This document shows, piece after piece, positions 12,721 to 25,061 of a stretch of DNA of 41,107 bases; within the stretch, counting starts at the first letter, position 1, and every line of letters starts with the position of its first letter. Below the pieces are notes generated by a model. It did no database searches and was not told where the DNA came from. It saw only the letters and a list, made by a program, of their open reading frames with translations. The position numbers and the translations under genes were made by a program. The DNA is from Bugula neritina (Eukaryota; Animalia; Bryozoa), in NCBI GenBank assembly GCA_964035545.1, contig CAXIUT010000145.1, positions 1 to 41,107 of the forward strand. Direction: 5' to 3'.

Positions 12721-14268
12721 TCAATAGTAAATATTAAGGAAAGTTGGGTTGGGGTTGGGGGTTGGGGTTGGGGTTGGGGTTGGGGTTGGGGTTGGGTTGA
12801 TTTATTTGTTGGAATATTACTTTTAAGCTATATTTGAAATGGTCTTTATTGAGATTATACTGATTCAGTTGATTGAGGCTTCTTAAATATAGCTGACATT
12901 ATTAATTTCTCATTGTTCTCATAATATTCACTCTCAGCCATATCTTTATTTGCTAATCCTATCTCTGTACTTTGAAAAATGAAACTTCCCTGACTCTTGC
13001 TATCAACCGATGGATCTTTAAAATTCAATATCTGGGAAGCCCTTACCAAACTATCATTCTATGAACGTTGAGAGATAGGAGTGCTTCTATCAACTGCTCT
13101 TACGTTATTGATGAACTATCCTTTTGTGGTTTTGTTTTGATATGAAGCAGAAGAGTCGATGAAGTGAAGAAGAGAGCTATTTCTTGAGACAATAGAAGAA
13201 GAACCTGGAGTCCTGTGTTATGAAAAGAAGTTAGGAACATTTTATGATAAAAAAAGAGAACTTTTAAGACTAAATGATGATGACTATTTCACTGGATCTT
13301 TATCTTTATCTTTGCTATTTTTTATTTATATTTGAGGATATTAAAATACAAGTGACCGTTCAATATGATTATTTTACAATTCATTTTGTCTTTATATTTT
13401 ATAATTTATTTATATTTAAGGGTTTATTTATTTTCTTTATGACATTTTATCTTTTTATATTTTGATTAGATTGCTTTGATGGGATTAGTTGATCTCTTAT
13501 TATTCTTATGAATCGGATGATTTGACTGATGCCTCTGAGTTGTTGTTGTCTTTAGCCTTTCTTTTTCCTTTTCTTTTTTTACAATTCTTTTTAAATTATT
13601 GAATAACTAATAGTAACCTTTCTTATTATCCAAAGAAGTTGTTTTGGTTTTTTTTATATTCAGTTGTATTTCTTGCTAAAAATAATAATTTTCGTTGTAG
13701 ATCTATCTTAGTAATAGGCTTACCTCGGGATAGTTAGATAGCTTTAGGCTTGACTTAGTATTTTTATAAAAATTTTCTATCAGCAATGGCTGTTATTTTG
13801 GTGATAATATCTGGTTTGAGGATTTTATTGTTGGACATATCATGTTTATACATTTTTCTTCTGATTTGAGTGATGTAGTTATTCATTTTTCTAAGTCCTT
13901 TTCTGAGAGTGGAGTAAAATTTGTTTTTGATACAATTTTAAGTTTTTCCAGGAAATTATTTGGCGATATCTGACCATTTGTTGCCTATTTGAGATACAAT
14001 ATACCAAGCTATTATTGCAATTTGAAGATTTTTTATTCATCCTAGGAGTTCCAATAGATTTTATTTTAGTAGTTCTTTTACATTTTTAATAATAATGGAG
14101 TCTATTTATAAGATAAGTAAGTACTGAAGTTATTCTGTTTTAGCTTATGATAGGTTGTTCCTATTCAACTATTCTACCCGAAGAAGGTATTAATTAAGGA
14201 CTTTTTAAAGCCATCTAGTCTTCTTCTATTTGTTTATTCCATTCTTAAACACATTCTTCTATGTTCAT
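12721..14268 (-). CDS. Myb/SANT-domain transcription factor whose 3' coding region runs through an internal telomeric tract
   Basis: IYWNSEDEEKIFKLQEELGNKWSDIAKEFPGKTENCIKNKFYSTLRKG is a Myb repeat. The frame stays open to 12800 with no TGA. The end at TGA 12721-12723 assumes a 17-nt intron at 12844-12860, and the 5' exons are approximate. Confidence 0.75.
12743..12799 (+). repeat. Internal telomeric tract 1 (TTGGGG, with G3 and G5 variants)
   Basis: G TTGGG TTGGGG TTGGGGG (TTGGGG)5 TTGGG TTG; GTTGGGTTG occurs at both borders. Confidence 0.95.
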
Positions 14269-14636
14269 CTCTTTAAGACTTTTCTTTCAAATTGTATTAT
14301 TTTTTTATTCGATTCAGTAAAATCAAAACTAGTAAATCAAAACGGTCCGCTATTATATAAAATAATATCATCAAAAAGGTTCATAAAAATTCATAATATC
14401 TTATCAACAACAAAAATCTTGTCTAGTGCCTAATTAGAAACAATCCGAGAGAATATTTAGCTTTTTAAGGTTGATAGTTAATATATAAATATTTATTAAA
14501 GACTTAATCATTTGATAAAGAAGACTATGTTCTTTAGATTTTTTATATATTAAAAGAAAAGAATAGAACTTTCTTTGAAAACTTACTCTTCTTTTTTATT
14601 TTACTTTTTATGTTTAGAATAATAGTATATTAGGAT

Positions 14637-14723
14637 AAATAATGCTATTACTTCAATACTAAATAAATATATTACTACAATACTAAATAATGCTATTACT
14701 ACAACACTAAATAAATATATTAG
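14637..14723. repeat. Intergenic 24-nt tandem repeat (AAATAATGCTATTACTACAATACT-like, ~3.5 copies)
   Basis: Directly visible alternating unit variants. Confidence 0.6.
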
Positions 14724-14774
14724 TCTGAATACAATAAAATCACTAGAATTATTGTTAAAATTGTTGTATAATTT

Positions 14775-16931
14775 TCATATATTTTGCACTCTCTAGATAA
14801 TCGAAGTGGGATTATGCTAAGAAATAGAAGACAAATGATGTTTGTAAAGCTGTATATGGCCAAAATCGACTTTCTCTTCAACTACCTTTTCCTAACTTTG
14901 AATAAAAAGATGAAGATTTGTGTTTTGTATCTTATTGTCCTTTTCAACTATGCTAGAATAACCTGATCCTTTTGATTTATTCCTCCCTTTTGAATAACTT
15001 TAGTTTTTCAACTAGCTATACTATTAAAATTAGAATATTTCGTCTTTATTAATAAATATGATAAAATTAAATGAAGAAATATGGCTATTTCCCTATCTCC
15101 ATTTTTATTTTATTTTTTTGGCTGAACGATCAAACTCTCTAGCATTAATAAAGGGTTGATAAAAGGCCATTTGTTTGTCTGGGAAGATAGAGGAGGGATT
15201 CATTTTTATTAGTTGAATCATGTTGTGAAATTTAGGAACAAATTATCTATAAAACAGTCCATGTATTATACACTAGCTTTCTGATTTTTATTGAAAAGAT
15301 GTGGTTGGTTTGAGGAAAGGTCTTTCTGAGGTATCTTAAGCTGTTTTTTAATTTTTTGTTTAAAGAAAAACAAAGTTGTGTTCTGATGTCATTGTTTATT
15401 AGCTTTTTAAACTTATTTATATTATTTAAGGCTGGCATTTTACTAATGATTTTAGTTTTTTCATCTTTATCTCAGAAATATTAGGATTTATGCATTTAAT
15501 ATCGTTTTATTCAATTATTTAATCATCTTAGTTGAGATAGCTGTTCTTTTTATAAAAGTTAGACTACTTATGATGTTTATGTGATTAATTCTCCTTATGA
15601 TGTTTTGGTGATTAATTCTCCTTATGATGTTTTGGTGATTAATTCTCCTTATGATGTTTATGTGATTAATTCTCCTTATGATGTTTTGGTGATTAATTCT
15701 ACTTATGATGTTTATGTGATTAATTCTCCTTATGATGTTTTTTTTATGGAGTTTTTTTGAGTTTTTTTATTTTTTTATGAGCTGAAGATGAGCTTTAGGA
15801 GAGAAGACTTGTTAGTCCTTATGATTTAGGATGATCTTATATAATTAAGGGTCCTGATTGTATTTTATAGGTTTCGCTTTAAATATTTTTATCTTTTATT
15901 TTAAGAGAGGATCCAAACGATGAAACTGGAGGTGATAAAAATCCTTAATTATTAATTTTGTGATGAGGTTATTGTAGAATGGAGGTTTATTTTCTTATTT
16001 TTGATGGTTTAAATTATTATTTGCTAAATAGGCCAAGTTTTTATAATATTTTGAGGGTTTATTCTTTGGAGCAGCAATACGAGTATATTTTTTATTAATC
16101 AAGGATATTTTTGATGGCACTTATTTCTTGTTGATGATGAAAGATAATGATTTATCCAATGGCGATGGTGCTGGTTAGTTATAGTTGGTGTTGATTATTG
16201 ACTAGATAATAGATTTTAATTTTATTGGTATGAAAAAGAGTTTTTCTTTTTATGGTTGCCATATTCATGATAAATATATTGTTATTTATATCTTTTTAGA
16301 GAACATCCTTGCATAGGTTGTTATAAAGTTAGTGTTATTTATCTTATACTATTAATAATTGAATTTTCTTAGGCTATTGATTTAGTTATTTGAATGAATT
16401 TTGTGATACAGGCTATGGCTTTTAGTTCCTATATTTAGATATCGAACGCATCATTATCTTGCTATTTAATCTTTAGGGAGACTGATTGCTTTAGATTATC
16501 CTATCAGGACATTCTTTATTTATTGCTGCCTTTTATTTAGAAGTAAGATCGGTATTTTTGATAAAAGATCTATAATAAGCAATAAGTTCTGAAGGTTGAT
16601 AAAAATATTTATTGACTTTGCTTTTTCCTTTTCGAGGGTATCCCACTATAGTATAAAGAATAGATGCAAATTATTGTCCTAAAGTAACCTATCCTCTAAA
16701 GTTATCTACGATAACAAAGACTCTTTGATTGGGCTGATACCCTAACGTAGCTGTCTACTGTTGCATTTGATATGATACTTTTTATTTATCTAGTTCTTCC
16801 AGAAGGGAAAGAATATGCGATGAGTTTAGATTTTTAGTTATGATATAGATAGGCTTTTATAGGGTAGGAGATAGCTATATACTAGGTCTTTTTGGGTTTT
16901 ACTTGTTCTAGCATTTTGTGTTGTAAGCCAT
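14775..16931 (-). CDS. Hypothetical protein with His-rich 9-aa repeats (HHKENES[H/P]K x6)
   Basis: Long open frame ending at TGA 14775-14777; 27-nt repeat at about 15565-15740. The start codon and 5' exon structure are uncertain. Confidence 0.6.
15565..15740 (-). repeat. Coding 27-nt tandem repeat, ~6.5 copies
   Basis: Unit on the minus strand is CAT CAT AAG (G/T)AG AAT TAA TCA C(AT/CA) AAA. Confidence 0.9.
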
Positions 16932-16978
16932 TTAATGTTCGATTGTTTCGAAATTATTTTATATTGTTATAATTAACT

Positions 16979-17640
16979 ATGGAGTATTTAAGAGATCACT
17001 AAGAGGAATCTTTCGTACAATAAGACAAAAGAAAAATATGTTATGCTTTTATTATCAAGTGATTAAAGCTGCCTTAATAAGACTTAAACAAAAAAATGAA
17101 GGTTATTTGGATAGTTTGGAAAGAAATCATAAATGGAGAAAAATATATAATGGTCTACTCTTCAACAATGTTCAATCTTAATTAAACAAACTCATTAAAT
17201 TGTAGTTGTGTGAGGTTAACGATGGAGTTAAAAGCTTTTTTAATCCTTTCGATAAAATTCCTGTATTTATGTCTGGAAGTAGATAACAATGTGCTACAAT
17301 AAATTTAATAAACAAGAACAATTTTAAGAACATGCCCTTTATAATGTAATTTATCAGTAAAATAGCTAATGCTGCACTATGATTCTAAAGTAAAAAAGAA
17401 TATGAATTGGAATAATCTTTAAGAAACTGCTAAAAGCACAGTTAGAGCCTTGAACATTGCTTAAGTTTGCAAAAAAAGTATATAAAAAGTTATTTAGATG
17501 ATACTTCTTGTTTTTAAAAGGAAATCAAAGCGAAAGTGCTTTAAAAAGAAAGATTCAAGGGTAAAGAGATTAATTTCGCATAAATATACTAAGCTGGTAT
17601 TGCTGATATGGCTCCTATCAGTCAGATAAGTTATGGTTGA
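16979..17640 (+). CDS. ATP23 (peptidase M76)-like protein lacking the HExxH motif
   Basis: Spliced ITMCYNKF...EEHALYNLMLHYDSKVKKNMNWNNLEETAKSTVRALNIAEVC...IADMAPI parallels ATP23 I..C.N...HELIHAYD...W.NL...ACSE.RA...C...D..P. Introns at 17015-17031 (17 nt), 17263-17282, 17346-17365 and 17478-17497 (20 nt each). Confidence 0.65.
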
Positions 17641-17722
17641 TGAGAGTACTATGATATATTGATGTTTAGATAGTGAATGTGATATTATTAAAGGCATAAA
17701 TAAATATTTTATTGGGATTTCA

Positions 17723-18901
17723 ATGTAGAACAACAGCCAAAATGATTCTCTTCTTGGTTTTCTTCAAAAAAAGTCATTGTTTTCTAATTCTCCAATGAAC
17801 AAATCAAGAACAAGATCGAGAAGTGGGTCTAAAGACGGTCGATTTCAACCATCCAGATCTAATGTATATCAATTAGATGAGGGAAACTATGATAGAAATA
17901 ACCAAAAAACTAATTATCAACCAGATGCCAGAAACTATCAGAGTTTGATGCAATCGGGTGATAATAATTCAAATACTATGTTTACAACATTCAATAATAA
18001 CTAGGGGAGGTTAGGACCTATGAGTGGAGATCAAAAAATGTATCAGAGTAGTTCTCCTAATAGAGATGTCCGTGTTGATAATAGAGGAGGTCAAAAGAAT
18101 TCTCCTGGAAGTAATTATCGTCCTAGTTCTCCTATTTCTTAGTTAAAAGGAGGTCAGTATGGAGAATAACAGCGTTTTTTTAACAATTCTAATGCTAATA
18201 ATAAATATCAATAGATATCTTATTCCAATCAAGGAAGAGGATATGATAATTTGAACCAAAGAGGATATGATGGTTTGAACCAGAGAGGATATGATGGTTT
18301 GAACCAGAGAGGATATGATGGTTTGAACCAGAGAGGATATGATAACTCTCAGGTATAAAATCAGATTTGGTCAGGTTTAGTTGCTCATACTCATAGTTTT
18401 TAGTCAGCTCGTTTAGAATCAATCCAGTGTTTATAAAGTTTATCAAGTAGAATTAATAACTAAGTGACTAATATTAACTACAAAATTGATGCTTTCAATA
18501 GTACTATGGGGAAATCACTAAGTAACGAGTTCAGAATGATGAGGGAAAAGATATTGGCGATGTGTGAGGCAGCTTTTAAGGAGAGTTAAAAGTTTATTAG
18601 GTAGTATATGAAGCAACAGGAATTAAAAATGGCTGGAGAGTTGGTGAAAGCTAGATAAATTTTACACAAAGAGTATGCTAAAATTGAAGTTATGAAAGAA
18701 GACCTAAAAAAACCTCAATGGAGGAAAACTGCTGGATAAATCTTGACTACTTAGCTTTAAAAGAAAGTTGAAGAGGTGATAGGGAAGAGTAGTTAGGTTG
18801 GAATTGGGCATTGGTAGTTGGGTGACCTGGGTGGAAATCATTTAAGAAATATTGAATCTTAGTTAAGAGAGATAGTGAGGGTGAAGCCTTTGACTAAATG
18901 A
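17723..18901 (+). CDS. Hypothetical protein, low-complexity N/S/Q/G/Y-rich N-terminal half with GYDGLNQR repeats and helical C-terminus
   Basis: ATG 17723 to TGA 18899-18901 is in frame (392 aa); 24-nt repeat x4 at about 18236-18345. Confidence 0.75.
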
Positions 18902-18941
18902 TTAATTCTTTAAAATATATCAATAATAATTAACATAGAGA

Positions 18942-20897
18942 TCAATTATTTATATTTTTCATCATTTTTGACTATTATGCTATCATTTGATCAATTTAGT
19001 CTATCGGGTTGTTATTTTATTTTCTATTTTGTTGTATTTAGGGATTATCTTTGTTTTTATTGTCCTCTTCATCACTTTATGATGAAAAATAGATATTATC
19101 GATTGTTTTATTATTATTTTTATTTATCTTTTTATTTTTAGAAGAGGTTTTATTTTTAGTCTATGATGATTCTTATTCTCTATTTTGGAAATAACTACTA
19201 TTTTAGTTTAAATCTAAAGAATATATAAAGCTTGGTTATTCTATTTTACACTAGAGTGTGAGATTAAGTGGTTCTGTAAAATGATATTATTTTCTTTTTC
19301 TTCCTCTTTTTCTTTTTTAAGGTACATTTTTTTACAAAGAAATGCTATCCTCCAAATAGTCTTACTATAGTTTAACTTTTGATTTTCCATTAGAATTTTA
19401 AAAGAGTTGATAATTTTATTTAACCAAATTTCTTATTTTATTAGCAATTTACATAACAAATTGAATGGTTATATTATGATTTAGGGCTAGATTGCATAAA
19501 TCATGTCTAATTAAAGCTGAAATCGGTGATCTTGATATAACTTTTTTTAGTTTATCTGTTAAAGTTATCATTAATTCAATATATCCTGTCCTATCGAGAA
19601 GAGCATTCATTTTTCTCATTGTTTTTGAAAAAATTCTATCTCCTCTGGCTCTTATGCGAGAATGATTGAAGTGATGATAAGCTATTTTTGGACAATATTT
19701 TCTTTATAGCTATTATTTTATACCACTAAAAGTATTTTTTCTAAGATAAATCTCTAAAAACTATTGTTATAGTTATTGAGTCCATATCTAGGTAGTCTAA
19801 AAAAGTTTATTTTATATTTTTTATAGTTAAAATGTTGATAATTTTTGTTAAACTCTTTCAACATGTTAATTTCCTTTTATTTTTCTAACAACTGCTTTAT
19901 AAAATTATAAAACATCTGTGTCTTATACTAATTATGTTGATAGTCCAAAACTTGTCTTCAAACATTTGTAGAAGGTATTTTTGTGATTTTAATTAAACTC
20001 AGTTTATATTTTAAGAAGAGGAGTGAGAAGTGTTTTAACTGATACATTTTTAAGAGTTGATATATTCTTTTTCATTTTCAAATATAAAAATTACTATATT
20101 TTTCTAAATCCTAATCTAAGAGTAGTTGATATGACAGATTTATATCTATCTCTTGACATTTGAGGACACTTCTTTCTTAGCTAATTTTAATATATTTATT
20201 ATCCTTTTGAACAAAATATCTGGCAAGCATGTCGCTGTTCTATCATTTTTTGTTCGTCTTCTTGAGTCTTTTCACTATCATCTATTGCAATCATATCGAA
20301 AAATGGAAACCTTTTGCTGTTGTTAATAGATCTGACATCCTTCATTGAATTCATCTCCTGAGCAGTTTATTTATTACTAAAAGCTTAAGTTTTATTTATT
20401 GTTTCAGGTACACATCTCTAGGTATTAATTTTTTGCCAATTTTGATAGTACAAATAATCAATTATTTGTTAGAATTAAGTATTTGGGCATAGTTCTAGCA
20501 TCTTATCAACAAAATAAGATATTTCTTTTTATTTTATTACTTTTACTTAACTTATTTAGATTCTATTTAGTTAGAATAGGCATTATCATCAGTACTTTTA
20601 GACATCTACTATTCCAAATGATTATATTATTTTATTATATTTAATTTTAAGAATTAAAAGAAGTAGAAGCACGGGTAATGGAAATATTTATTTACTGACT
20701 AATTTTATTACGACTATATTGGTCTTTCTTGATATTTTTATAAACAAGAAGGGCATAGATCTTTAGGCTTTATTGCTTATGTCCGATTCATTGAGGTATT
20801 GTTCTTAATCATCGAATTCGATCTTTAACATATGTAGTATATACATTTATATATCAAAATAAGAGAAATATAAATCGATATTCATAATACCTTCCAT
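18942..20897 (-). CDS. Hypothetical protein
   Basis: Long coding-like minus-strand frame (...KRFPFFDMIAIDDSEKTQEDEQKMIEQRHACQIFC...) ending at TGA 18942-18944. The 5' exons are approximate. Confidence 0.6.
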
Positions 20898-20914
20898 TTT
20901 AAAACAGTCACTAT

Positions 20915-21027
20915 TATATTCATTTATCTTCATCTATATTCATTTATCTTCATTTATCTTCATCTATATTCATTATCTTCATTTATCTTCATCTATATTC
21001 ATCTATGTTCATCTATGTTCATTTATG
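20915..21027. repeat. 10-nt-unit minisatellite (TTCATCTATA / TTCATTTATC / TTCATCTATG)
   Basis: About 10 degenerate decamers just upstream of the preceding minus-strand gene. Confidence 0.7.
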
Positions 21028-21173
21028 TTATATATATTGATTATGATAGGAATAATATTGATCATTCTCTGAGTATTTTGAGTTGTTCTTCTAATGTTAT
21101 TTTATATTTTTTAACATTTCTAGCTTGATTCATTTATGATTGAGTTTATGATTTATTTTCGTTATTTTTTCCG

Positions 21174-21545
21174 TCATTATGCTCCAATCTCTTTCACCAT
21201 TCTCTAAATCTAGTCGCTATTCCATTCAGTGTATGTTTTTTATGCCTACAAAAAGAGGTTATTCTTCCATAAAGATTATGCTAGCAACTCAGAATTAGGA
21301 TCTTCCATGTTATTGAAGAGAAAAACACTGCATTTTTGTGCCAGATGAGCAATCTAAATAAATAAAAAGTTACAAAGTTTTTAGGTTTCTTCTAGATTGG
21401 CAAGATTCTTTTGATTTTATTGAGTAGGAGGTTGTATTGTTGATTCTTTTTGATTTTCTTGATTGTATTTTTTTTGGTTGTGAGTGGTTTTTGGTTATGA
21501 TTCCATTTTTTTGAACATCTATGTGATGGTTCTTTGTCCGCTCAT
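21174..21545 (-). CDS. Small hypothetical protein
   Basis: MSGQRTITEMFKKMES... is open to TGA 21174-21176; the 3' end may differ if the gene is spliced. Confidence 0.45.
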
Positions 21546-21599
21546 ATATTATGTTTTTATAGATATAGCAAAAATGATATTTAAGTTTATAGAAATCAA

Positions 21600-22815
21600 A
21601 GCATCAAATTTATTTATTTAGTTAAGTTGTTTTTTGTTTCTCTAAAAGTTAAAAGTAATTTAAAGTTTGTTTTATCTTATTAGATGTTTTTAAATTAGTT
21701 TATGTTTCTGGCTTTTACTATTATGTCTATTCTAGCTTTCTCTAAAACTATCTTTATATTTTCTTTAACACTTTCTTTTGTATATTTTATCTCATTTCAG
21801 CTGGTTACTTTTTTATTAGGAGTTCTTCATGAATTTTAGTATCATAAAGCACCTTATTCTCATAATTTTATGTATATTACTATCTAGTCATCATTTTGAC
21901 TGGATGAGTTTCTAGTTGATAATGAGGACTAACTTCTTTCTTGGAGGCCAGTATTATCCTTCTTTGATATTTGGTAAAGTTCCTCCAAATTTTTATTAAC
22001 TTGAGATCGATTTGTATGTTAATAAATTCCTTTAGGATTGAGGTCGTCGTATAAGTTTATTTTATTGACAGTTTCAGGATCTAAAAACTTCTGAACAATG
22101 GCCCAAACCATTCGAATAGGAAGGTTAATTCTGCAGTTGTAGCAGGTATAGAGTTTCATTCTGTAGGTATTCGACAAAAACTGGAATGATTTTTTCATAG
22201 CTCCTGTAAGTTTGAATAATCCTGCGTAGTTGGAGTCGATGAGAGCAACCCAGCTTTAGACTTGTCCTGGGATGAAACAATTTTTCATGACATATTAAAA
22301 GATATAGGTTTGAGTTTAAAGGAATTCTTATTCTGTCATTTCCTCATTGATTATTTTTTAAACATCTGTTACAATTATGGGTCGATAGTGACAATCTCTT
22401 CCACCAAGTATATCAATCCTTTCTGTAGATGCTTTGCTATTTTACTGGTAAATGATAGTTAATTTAACTCTTGTCATGTAGCCTATAAACACTTACATCT
22501 GCTCTATTGATTCTTTGAATTTATATCCTGTCGATAGTAAAAATTTTAATCTCCAAGGGTTATCCCACCTCTCGTCAAGAACTATTTTATTCTTTTTAAC
22601 ATATTCTTAAAATTCTTTTAACTTTTGAAGTTAGTTGGGGGTGTAGGTCTATTGAGCCCCATCCATCGAAGAGAAGTCTTCTGAATTTGCTATCTCCTTC
22701 GTATTCTTTTGAAATCATCTGCCTAATCAGGATTGTCAACTCGATGGTGTTTGAAGAGAAAGGCTTCTCTTGGGATATGTGAAAAATCTGCAACGCAGTT
22801 TAGGTGTTTATACAT
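21600..22815 (-). CDS. CRAL-TRIO (Sec14-like) lipid-binding protein
   Basis: Motifs WRLKFLLSTGYKF, GGRDCHYRPIIV, FIPGQVESWVALID, VWAIVQKFLDPETVNKI and QVNKKFGGTLPN...YWPP. There is an apparent +1 frameshift at the G5 run 22637-22641. The 3' end is approximate. Confidence 0.8.
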
Positions 22816-22906
22816 ATTTAATTTATTCAATTTATGATCATAATAGAGAATTAGAACTATCTTAATTATCCTTAAAATAACTCATTTAGCTAATGAGAAT
22901 GAATGA

Positions 22907-23611
22907 ATGGATAGTATAAAAATTATAGAATCATTCATTGTTTATTGTTTTACTTTTAGTATTTAGATTTATTTTAAATAAAAACATTGTAGAGATGAGT
23001 AGCTAGTTTTTTTATTTTTGTTATATTTTGAGTTCCATTTTTTTAATATGATCTGGTGCCATTAAATATATAATAGCATATGATGCTTCTAACTCATTAT
23101 TTTAATATAATGATTTTTAGGTTGCAACTAATCGGTATAACTTTTAACAATCTTGGAGTTTTCCTTTCAGTTTTTAACCTAATATCTCCATCATCAAAGT
23201 ATATATAGTATTTTTAATTGCTACATCAAATCAAGTATCGTCAAAAGAGAACATTCTAGTTCTGCTATATCTTGTTTTGTTACTGACTGTTGACTTCTAT
23301 TTATTAATGTTCTTATCTTTGGAGGATGGATTTCATTCATTTTGCTTGCTATCAGTATACAAGGTAATAGCTATTTTTTAGTAATTTTGTTGAGTTAGGT
23401 ACAAAGTTTTATGGATCAGTTGATTCAGGTAAGTTATTGCTAAATATTGTGTGTCTCTAGTTATTTTGGTTGAGAAGAAAGAATCCAACGAATGGCTAGT
23501 TTTCTAGATGAGTCTTATAAAGATTAAATAGAATTTTTCGATGAAGAAGGTGAATCTGAAGAGTTGTCTTTTGGGATAGTTTCTTATCAGAATAGATCTA
23601 AGTTGATTTGA
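22907..23611 (+). CDS. Probable multi-exon membrane protein (hypothetical)
   Basis: Hydrophobic segments (LIFGGWISFILLAISIQ), an acidic tail (EFFDEEGESEEL) and several GT..AG mini-intron candidates. The structure is unresolved. Confidence 0.35.
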
Positions 23612-23758
23612 TTTTACAAGTTCTTAAACATTGTGTTTTCCTTTATTAATTCTATATTAGAAGGTTTATAAATTAGAAGATAACCATAATGAACTATTTT
23701 TAATTAGTTAGTATTAATTAGTATTAATAATATTAAATAGAAACCTAAAATAAAAATA

Positions 23759-24862
23759 TCAGTGTTTTTTATCTAAAACTTTTAGTGTTTTTTATAAGTT
23801 ATCTAGAAAATCAGAAGATTAGTTAACATTTAAATGTTTTTTCTATTATATTTCATTGATATTTGTTTGAATAGCTATATCTCTCGTATATTTTGAACAT
23901 TTTTAGCAATTCTAAGTATTGTTGCCTATTCTTTTCAAAAAATTAATCATCTAGTGATCTATATATTGTTTTTAGGCAGATGATTATTTATATTATGACT
24001 CGTTATAAGCTTTTTCTTTTTAAACTTCTTTAATGTGTTAATTATGACATTTCTGAGTTAAAATATTGTTACTTTATGACATTTATTTGATTATAATTTT
24101 AAAAATAGATATCTACCCTTCACATTGCTTGAGTTTATTGATTAGTAAATGGTTATCCTCTGTGAAATCTGTGAATTGACTTTGATTCCTTTTATCTTTT
24201 GCTGTTATGTAACTATTATTACCACCATTCTTTTAACTTATGTTCAATTATAGATCTTAAATCTTCTTCATGGTCAAGCTTATTCATAAGATTTGTCATA
24301 ATTACTTATTTCTTTATACTTTTTTTTTTATTTCGATCTATTTTAGCTAATGACTGATTGCTGATAAATAGTACTGATTGATTACTTTTCATCGAGTAGA
24401 CTTGGAGGAGCTATTGTATTGCCAAATGATTCTCTTCTCAAAGGAGCCATTGATAGTCTTTGTGATTTTTGATATTATAGTTGTTGAGAGTAATTTCCTG
24501 TACATTTGAGAGATAAACGACGATCAAATAGTTCTTGCTCATGGGAATACTCTTTACTAACTGGTTTCATTTCCTTTGATTGGATACTATTTAGGAATAT
24601 TGCGATTGGAGTTTACTTCTTTTAGAGTAGAACGACTAGCATTATTGTTAATTTATCGAGAAAGGATAAACTACTTCGAAGGGTAGGTATGAGAATTGAT
24701 GTCGAGTGGCTAGGTCACTTGGATAAAATTTTATTTGTTTGCTATTTATGGTCGTTTGCGAGGAAGACAGCTATTTCTATGACTTGGAGGATCTTTTCTT
24801 ATGTTAGAAGTTGATTTTGAGTCTTTGGACTGATGTGATTTTCTGTGTTTGAGAGAATTCAT
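23759..24862 (-). CDS. Hypothetical Ser/Lys-rich and coiled-coil protein
   Basis: Starts [19 protein letters not shown]; ATG 24862 is in frame with TGA 23759-23761. Confidence 0.65.
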
Positions 24863-24931
24863 CGAAATTATTGTTAAAAATAATAACTGCAATAAATCTT
24901 TTAATTACAAAAATTATTATTATTACTTTTA

Positions 24932-25061
24932 TTGGGGTTGGGGTTGGGGTTGGGGTTGGGGTTGGGGTTGGGGTTGGGGTTGGGGTTGGGGTTGGGGTTG
25001 GGGTTGGGGTTGGGGTTGGGTTGGGGTTGGGGTTGGGGTTGGGGTTGGGGTTGGGGTTGGG
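24932..25061 (+). repeat. Internal telomeric tract 2: (TTGGGG)14 TTGGG (TTGGGG)6 TTGGG
   Basis: 130-nt tract in the divergent intergenic region between the ATG at 24862 (-) and CCT6 (+). Confidence 0.97.
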
